Shown: in pieces, positions 35,104 to 42,941 of the stretch
How the letters are laid out: each line of letters starts with the position of its first letter
How positions within the stretch are numbered: the stretch's first letter is position 1
Source: Octopus sinensis
Lineage: Eukaryota
DNA length: 42,941 nucleotides
NCBI RefSeq assembly: GCF_006345805.1
Contig: NW_021834986.1
Coordinates: 1 to 42,941 of the forward strand
Direction: 5' to 3'
Position numbers and translations under genes: made by a program
The notes under the pieces: generated by a model
Database searches by the model: none
What the model was told of the DNA's origin: nothing
Seen by the model: the letters and a program-made list of their open reading frames with translations, nothing else

Positions 35104-35333
35104 TATAATAATAATGAAAATAATAATAATAACAATAACAATAATAATAATAATTATAACAATAACAATAATAATAATAATAATAACAATAACATAATAA
35201 TAATAATAACAATAACAATAATAATAATAATAACAATAATAATAATAATAATAATAATAACAATAACAATAATAATGATAATAATAGCAATAATAATAAT
35301 AATAATAATAATAACAACAATAATAATAATAAC

Positions 35334-35369
<36 letters not shown>

Positions 35370-35825
35370 AATAACAATAACAATAACAATAATTATAATA
35401 ATGATAATAACAATAATAATAATAACAATAATAATAATAATAACAATAACAATAATAATAATAATAACAATAACAATAACAATAATAATAATAATGATAA
35501 TAACAATAATAATAATAATAATAACAATAACAACAACAACAATAATAATAATAATAACAATATTAATAATAATAATAATAACAACAATAATAATAATAAT
35601 AACAATAATAATATAATAATAATAATACTAATAAAATAATAATAATAATAACAATAATAATAATAATAATATAATAACAACCATAATAATATAATAATAA
35701 TAACATAATAATAATAATCATAATAATAATAATAACAATAACAATAATAATAATAAAGATAATGCAATGATAATAATATAACAATAATATAATAATGATA
35801 ATGATAATATAATAATAATAATATG

Positions 35826-35859
<34 letters not shown>

Positions 35860-35960
35860 CTAATATAATAATAACATAATAATAATAACAATCACAATAA
35901 TAATAATAATAATAACAATAATAATAATAATCATAATAATAATAATAATAATAATGAAAA
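35065..35960. repeat. ~900 bp (AAT/AAC)n microsatellite
   Basis: Direct inspection. Confidence 0.97.
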
Positions 35961-36537
35961 TGATAATGAGTAACCTGATGCATTACCAGGCACTGGCTGA
36001 CGTGGTTTCTGATCTTAACTTATTGGAAGTGTTATCATGTACATATTTTATCTTGGTTTATAACAGAGGTTCTCAAACGTTTAGGCCACTGACCCACTCA
36101 TGGCCACATAATACCCTCACTGGCCCCAGCCTTATTTTTATGCATAAATAAATATTTTATATTTTACTAATTTATAAATACTATGAATCATTTGATATTT
36201 AGTATAATATTATATAATTTGTAAAGAATACTATAATAATATTATAATAAATTCATAACATCCCTCAATCTACTGCTTTTCTTGCAATGCTCCTTTTCCT
36301 CTACTGAGTATTTTGTTCATCATCCTTAAAGAATTCTAATTCAAGGATCTATCATGTGAGATAGGCTACTTGACCTAAAGAAAATTATAACTGGGCCCCA
36401 GCTACAAAGGTCATGTGTTGCTTTTCTTGATATGAGGTCACCATGTCACACACAGATGTTTGTGATGTATGTGCCTCTTGTACCCTTGTCAGATGGGTAA
36501 ATTGAGCTTCGTATATTTGTACTCCAGTGTCACTCAA

Positions 36538-36945
36538 ATGTAGCGCAAGACCAAAGCCTCCTCATCAGAAATTACCAAAAACATATAATGAAAAGAAACA
36601 TAACAAGTAACTGCAGAATATGTGGGGATGGACAAGAAACAATAAATCATATTTTCTCTGGTTGCCCAGTCCTGGCTCAGAAAGAAAATATTCACAGACA
36701 TGATAGAGTTGGGACCTACATACACTGGAAGCTATGTCAACACTATGGAATAACAACAGGAAAAAGATGGTATAGCCACATGCCAGAAAAGGTCACAGAA
36801 AATGAGAAAGCTACAATACTATGGAATATGCCAATACACACAGATAGAGAAATTAAGGACAATAGGCCAGATATAGTTGTCAGAGATCATGAAGAAAAAA
36901 AATGCTTTCTAATTGATGTAGCAATTCTAACAGATGACAACGTTT
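36538..36945 (+). pseudogene. R4/Dong-type retrotransposon zinc knuckle and restriction-like endonuclease remnant
   Basis: AQDQSLLIRNYQKHIMKRNITSN-CRICGDGQETINHIFSGC (CCHC) ... HRHDRVG ... RPDIVVRDHEEKKCFLIDV (PD..D/E RLE motif). The frame runs into a SINE after ...TDDNV. Confidence 0.92.
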
Positions 36946-37112
36946 CCATCTACCAAATCCACTCACAAGGGTTTGGTCAACCCGAAGCTATAGTAGAAGA
37001 CACTTGCCCAAGGTGCCACAGTGGGAATAAACCCAGAACCATGTGGTTGCTAAGCAAGCTACTTACCACAAAGCCACTCCCGCACACTTACCACACAGCC
37101 ACTCCTGCACGC
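36943..37112 (-). mobile_element. Family A SINE head fused to the RLE frame, with a duplicated 5' end
   Basis: gtttccatctaccaaatccactcacaagg...; cttaccaca(a/c)agccactcc occurs twice in tandem. Confidence 0.85.
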
Positions 37113-37334
37113 TAATGATTCTCCCAGCTTGCTGCCCTACATAATGATAATAATAATAATAATAATATATCTTCATCAATTAACGACCATAATCCATGCT
37201 GGCATGGGTTGAATGGTTTGATATGATCTGGTGGGCCCAAGGATAGAATTGTGCTCCAGAGTCTAATAATGTTTTCTATGGCTGGATTCCCTTCCTAATA
37301 CCAACCATTTTAAAGCATATACTGGGTGCCTATT

Positions 37335-37630
37335 TGTTGGATTTGGTAGACGGAAACTGAAAGAAGCCCGTCGTATATAAGTATACATATATGTGTGTGT
37401 GTGTGTGCGTGTGTGTGTGTGTATGTTTGTGTGTCTCTTTTTGTCCCCCCCCCACCATCGCTTGACAACCGATGTTGGTGTGTTCACGTCCCCGTAACTT
37501 AGCGGTTCAGCAAAAGACACTGATAGAATAAGTACTAGGCTTACAAAGAATAAGTACTGGGGGGCGATTTGTTCGACTAAAGGTGGTGCTCCAGCATGGC
37601 CACAGTCAAATGACTGAAACAAATAAAAGA
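37335..37630 (+). mobile_element. 5'-truncated composite family A SINE
   Basis: ggatttggtagacggaaactgaaagaagcccgtcgta...atgactgaaacaaataaaag. Confidence 0.85.
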
Positions 37631-37749
37631 ATATAAAATATGTAGCATATTTGCTGCTTCCTAAGTTTGTGTACAAAATGTTGTTTGAGCGTTCAATAAT
37701 ACTTTATTTGTTCCACATCCTCGCATTGGTGTGTTTTTTTGTGTTTTCT

Positions 37750-38621
37750 TGTTTGGATTAACTATATATATATATATAATATATATATGTGCATATATAT
37801 ATATGTTATAACACCGACATACAGACACTCACACATATTAATGTATGTCAGTGTATGTAATGTATCTATGTATGTATTATGTATGTATATGTATGTCTTA
37901 TGTATGTTGTATGTGTCGTATTATGTAATCTATGTATATGTATGTCATGTATTTATGTATATGTGATTTGTGTATATGTGTGTATGTATGTATGTTATGT
38001 ATGTATGTATTTATGTATGTATGTATGTATGGTATTCGATGTATGCATGTCTTTATGTATGTAATGTATTTGTATTTATGTATGTGTGTATGTATGTAGG
38101 TATGTATGTATTTATATGTATGTATGTATGTATGTATGGTGTATGTATGTATGTATGTATGTATGTATGTATGTATGTATTATTGTATGTGTATGTATGT
38201 ATGTATTATGTATGTATGTATGTATGTATGTATGTACGTAGTGTATGTATGTACGTACCTATGTATGTATGTATTTGCAGCAACATTTTGTAAACAAACT
38301 TTGGAAGCGTCAAATATGTTTCATATTTTACAGACAAGAAAATAACTTTCCAAACGCTGTGTAGCAGTGAAAACAGCCGAAAGTTTTCCCTTAAGTAATG
38401 AAAAAAGTTGTCAGCAGACAGCCATGTGTATGATACCCAAAATGTCTGCTGTTTTCACTGCTATACTGCATTCAAAATATTACTTTCTTGTTCATAAAAT
38501 ATATATACATATATATATATGTAGTTATATATATCTATGTCTCTATCTACATGGTGGTGTGGTGTTGTATTATATATATATACATGCATACTGGATAGCT
38601 ATATATGTATATAGTATATAG

Positions 38622-38662
<41 letters not shown>

Positions 38663-38793
38663 TAGTATATTGTATATATATATATGTATATACATAGCTT
38701 ATATATATATATATAATATATATTATATAAAATATATATATATATATATATATATCTAATATATATATATAGTATAGATATATATATATATAG

Positions 38794-38834
<41 letters not shown>

Positions 38835-38857
38835 GTATATATATATATATATATATA

Positions 38858-38911
<54 letters not shown>

Positions 38912-38924
38912 TATATTATATATG

Positions 38925-38964
<40 letters not shown>

Positions 38965-38975
38965 TATTGATGTGT
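37750..38975. repeat. (TATG)n and (TA)n fields
   Basis: Direct inspection; noisy, possibly long-read consensus error. Confidence 0.9.
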
Positions 38976-39177
38976 GTGTGATTGACTGCTAGCTCCAAAC
39001 GTTTTTTCATTCTCTCTCTGTTTATTTTCATGTTTTCATTTCTGTTGACAGCATAGGCTCGAAAAGAAAACACTTCCTCACTCTTCTGAGTGTTAAATTA
39101 ATTACACCTGTTTGTCATTCGTACACCGTGTCTTTTGTCTTTTGTTTTCTGTAAATTTCAACAATATATATATAATA

Positions 39178-39214
<37 letters not shown>

Positions 39215-39239
39215 CTATTTATAACATTTACATCAACAC

Positions 39240-39800
39240 ACAACCCCCGAAACAGTGATGCATTCAACAAATTGTGTGCAAAATCTTCCTTTACTAACTA
39301 GAGATCAAAAATGAGAACATCCTCAAAACACACAAACTCATCAAATGCAAAAAAAAAACAAGACAAGTCACTAAAGAGACTACTAACAAATGTGAAGCTT
39401 TACAAAACAACTATGAAACCAACAGTTTGAAAAATGTGGACACCAAAATGTGGAACCTGCTCCAACCTACTTGTAAGGCTCAGATTTTCACAATAAAAAT
39501 AATTTCTCTTGTGCCTCTGAGAACCTAATTAATGTAATAACCTGCTCTGGTTGCGGACACAACTATATGGACCAACGAGTATGACCTTGAGAAGAGAACA
39601 ACTCTACATAAAGGAAATCCGTTTCCCACAATACATGCCAAATTCCTCTCAGTGAACATATAAAAAAATGTGCAGATAACATCAAACCAAATTTCACAGT
39701 TTTCCCCTTTCTACCAGTGCAAAGACTCAATATTCTAACAGAACATTTAAATAAGAAGAAATTTTTTCATGTGAAAATACAGAACAAATCTTAATATGCA
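39240..39800 (+). pseudogene. Penelope-like element remnant (Neptune-like): Cys-rich linker and C-terminal GIY-YIG endonuclease
   Basis: Frameshifted pieces KCG..KCGTCSNLL, NFSCASENLINVITCSGCGHNY(M)G.TSMTLR, RTTLHK, EIRFPQY, QIPLSEHIKKCADNIKPNFTVFPF, KYRTNLN. Matches the layout of PLE endonucleases with a Cys/His linker; clade assignment tentative. Confidence 0.8.
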
Positions 39801-40426
39801 CGATAACCAACTTTTATCTTTTTACATATTTCAATTCACGATTACATCACTGTACATAAATCCCATCACTAAGCACGGTTTTCGAAGCTTGTTTTTGTCT
39901 GTACTATATATATACATATATATACACACACACATATACATACGTGTATATACAATCTCTCTATATACATATATATATATATCTGTAAATTAATATGTGA
40001 CCATTATTCAATAGCCAAGATAAAACTCTGAATTTCGGATGCTAAAGTGGAAATCCACAACACCATCTGGCCATCTGGCCATCTGAAAAACCTGTATTTA
40101 CATAATATTGAGATCTCTTTCTTTCTTTTGTTATCTTAGCGTTTTACCATATATATATATTTATATATACACATGTATATACATATATATATACACATGT
40201 ATATACATATATATATATATATTATATATACATATGTATATACATGTATATATATGTATATATATATATATATATATATGTATATACATGTGTGTGTGTA
40301 TATATATATATATCACTTTGAATTTAGTGATACTAGTTGCGGATTCTAGCTCGCTCTGATACTGAGTTGAGTTGGTGCCTTCTAGTATCTCAAAATTCAA
40401 TATATAATCATTTATGATTATAGTAT

Positions 40427-40524
40427 TCTACGCTGAAGAGAAAAGAAGTTTTGGTAAGGTAGAATTATTTATTTTAATTCTTATGCTTTCCTAAAAACTT
40501 GATTTTGAAACGTGCGTCCGTAGA
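40427..40524 (+). ncRNA. Type I hammerhead ribozyme with canonical core and long stem II
   Basis: Stem I tctacg/cgtaga (6/6); ctgaaga 40433-40439; interrupted stem II 40440-40506 capped by agaatta/taattct; gaaa 40507-40510; stem III acg-tg-cgt; GUC site at 40516-40518. Confidence 0.8.
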
Positions 40525-40827
40525 TAACTTAAAATTGTATGATAGATTGCCGTCAATTCATTCTCTCTTACCTGTTTGTGTCTGCCTTCCAATTGCTGTT
40601 TTTACTGAGATCTCCCTTTTAGTAGAAGAAATAGCTATAACTCTTTGACTGCTATTTCTAAATTCGGTATGTGGTAAGGCAATTCGTTGCTAAACCCTTT
40701 ATTGCTTAGTATATATATATATATATATATATAAACGGGAAGGTTTATGAAAATAGACAAAAGACGAAGGCAGTGGAATACAAACAAGCAATTGTATTAG
40801 GGTGGCGCTCAGAATATAAAAAACAAG

Positions 40828-40865
40828 TCTTTAACCGTTTCGAGCCTACGCTCTCAACAGAAAGA
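40828..40865 (-). ncRNA. Minimal hammerhead-like motif with CUGUUGA core
   Basis: Minus strand: tcttt ctgttga gagc-gtag-gctc gaaa cggt t aaaga. Stem I 5/5, stem II 4/4, very short stem III. Related copies at 39042-39070 and 42881-42907. Confidence 0.6.
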
Positions 40866-40890
40866 TACTCAGAAAAGAAACACAGAAGAA

Positions 40891-40967
<77 letters not shown>

Positions 40968-41130
40968 TAAATATAAATATATATATGCACACACCTTATA
41001 TGTATATAATTTAGAGAAAAACCAGTATTAAACAATTCAATAAAGAAAGATGTTAGTCATACTATATAGAATTATAGATATATACAATACGAAGTCGAGA
41101 CAAATATCGCCAGCTGACGGTGTCTGCTAC

Positions 41131-41178
41131 TCTAGGCCGATGAAGGACAATGATCCTGATGAAACACGTGTCCCTAGA
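41131..41178 (+). ncRNA. Type I hammerhead-like motif with CCGAUGA core
   Basis: Stem I tctagg/cctaga (6/6); ccgatga; stem II agga-caatga-tcct; 3 extra nt (gat); gaaa; palindromic stem III acacgtgt; GUC site (C41172). Confidence 0.65.
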
Positions 41179-41349
41179 TGCAGCTCCGGCGGCCGCGGGG
41201 TGTTTGTCTCCCCTTCGTAAATGTATATAAGGACACAGGGAAAATGTGTCAAAGCCATCAGGAGGTGTGTCGATGCTTCCTAGGGCTATACAGCGGTGGT
41301 GTACCCCCCTACTGTCACGTTCGTGTTAGATTGACAGTATACAACCATT

Positions 41350-42060
41350 TCTATATATATATATATATATAATACACACGGACACACCCATACAACTACA
41401 TACATACACCTATACACAACACGCCCACACACCTACACACACCACATGCATACCACACACACACACAAGACGCACAACAACCCATACATAATTACATACA
41501 TACACCTATACACACACGCCTACACACCTACATACACACACATGCATACACACATTCATGTACGCACATACAACACATACATACATATATAACTACACAC
41601 ATGCACACACACAAGACACATACGCCCATGCATACGCATACATGCATACATGCATACACACACACACACGCACGTACACATACATACACACACACACACA
41701 TACATACACCCATACACATACATGCATCCTACACACACAGACATACACACTCACACATACATACACACACACACTCACTCACACACCTGCATGTACGCGC
41801 ATACACATGCACCTACACACACTTCCACACACACACACGTACATACATACACACTCACACACATACACACACACACACACATGGACATACATCTATATAC
41901 ACACATATACACACACATACTTACATACATTCATCGGACACACTGACACCCAGACTTACACACAGACACACTCACACATCCACACACATACATACTAACA
42001 CACACTCGTAGGCGCGCGCACATACACGTGTGCACGTTCGCGCACGCATACAAGCATGAT
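41350..42060. repeat. Degenerate (CA)n/(TACA)n field
   Basis: Direct inspection. Confidence 0.9.
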
Positions 42061-42880
42061 GCACCACGCTCGTGTTTGACCGACTAGATCTCCTTACGTA
42101 TATGGGGCCGGCGCGTGTCTTTGGGTTCTCCCACGCCTGTCGCGCGGGACCACCTCTCCATCTTCCCCTCCCCCCTCCGCTGGAGTTTTTTCCTTAACCC
42201 CCCCCTCTTTGTACACACACGCACACACATACACACACCCACTCACACACACACATTGCATATATATATACATTACACTTACACACACTTCAAATTTACT
42301 TGCCATACACACAACTACGCACACTGGAACACACTACCACTCTACACACACACTGGCACTTACATACACCCCACCTTTCCCTCCTTCCCTTCTTCCCTCC
42401 TTCCTCCCTTTTTTTACCACTGACCACTCACTCGAGACTTGCTATATCATCTGTTCGCCCTGCACGCACTAACATATACATATTTTTTGTTTTTTATCTC
42501 GCCTCACACACACATAACACACGCACACGCACACACTCACACATAATACACACGCACACACACATACCTCCCTGTTTCTGATCTGCCTTTCTGACTTGCT
42601 AGGGTACCCCACACACACCCTTTAATTCTAACTACTGCCTGCTACTAGCCACTGTCCACCATACACACACATACACACACACACACACACTCAACACACA
42701 CCCCCTCGTTTCTCGCACACCTTTTTTACCATTCCCTCTTTGATTCAGCTCTCCTGTTTTTAAAAAACATTTTCCTCCTTTTTTACTACTTCCGTCTTTT
42801 CAGTATGTGACCTCGTGAAGACTACCTGCAATTTTTTTTCCTCTGTCCTCCCGCCTCGGATCTTTCTTTCCTCTCCTCTT

Positions 42881-42907
42881 CCGACGAAGAGCTCCGCTCG
42901 AAACGTC
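42881..42907 (+). ncRNA. Hammerhead-like core with CCGACGA variant; stem I not evident
   Basis: ccgacga a gagc-tcc-gctc gaaa cgt c. Downstream ttcctgagcgcc matches the flank of the 40.8 kb family. Confidence 0.45.
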
Positions 42908-42941
42908 ATTACCCTTCTTCTTCCATTTTCCTGAGCGCCTA

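Noticed and set aside
38355-38468. ~25 bp inverted repeats 110 bp apart
   Set aside because: Possibly a tiny MITE, but it is single-copy here with no TSD identified.
40021-40080. Minus-strand gatggtg-tt-gtgga..tccac-ttt-agcatcc-gaaa, like an HHR stem II plus GAAA
   Set aside because: The CUGANGA box is replaced by a ccagatgg tandem repeat, and stem I and the cleavage triplet cannot be assigned. At most a dead relic.
2300-42600. Dozens of ORFs rich in IY, HT, VC, poly-V/S/D/M/I/L/N/H in the supplied track
   Set aside because: They are translations of (TA)n, (CA)n and trinucleotide microsatellites, which lack stops in several frames. They have no splice or codon support.

Overview
AT-rich eukaryotic genomic DNA, very probably intronic or intergenic sequence from an Octopus species. 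That assignment rests on recognising the SINE/MITE families and the extreme microsatellite load, not on a database search. A large fraction is simple repeat ((TA)n, (CA/TG)n, (GGT)n, (GAT)n, (AAT)n, (AGT)n, (TATG)n), and nearly all ORFs in the supplied track are translations of these repeats. The remainder is a nest of decayed mobile elements: several tRNA-derived SINE families, RTE-type LINE remnants and tails, R4/Dong-type RLE retrotransposon pieces in AT-rich trinucleotide repeats, four Tc1/mariner derivatives, a piggyBac-like MITE, a Helentron/DINE-1-like element and two Penelope-like (GIY-YIG) remnants. The most interesting signal is a set of type I hammerhead ribozyme (HHR) motifs from about five families, at 1.3, 1.4, 24.8 (half), 39.0, 40.4, 40.8, 41.1 and 42.9 kb. 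The 40427-40524 motif has a canonical core. Three apparently unrelated families read CCGA(C/U)GA instead of CUGANGA. Five motifs lie within about 4 kb around a Penelope-like GIY-YIG remnant. There are also many long fold-back palindromes. A few short + strand segments with good splice signals may be exons of an unidentified host gene. No complete intact gene, rRNA, true tRNA or CRISPR array is supported. Coordinates were read by eye and repeat boundaries are approximate. The last ~5 kb looks noisy, so single-base claims there need read support.
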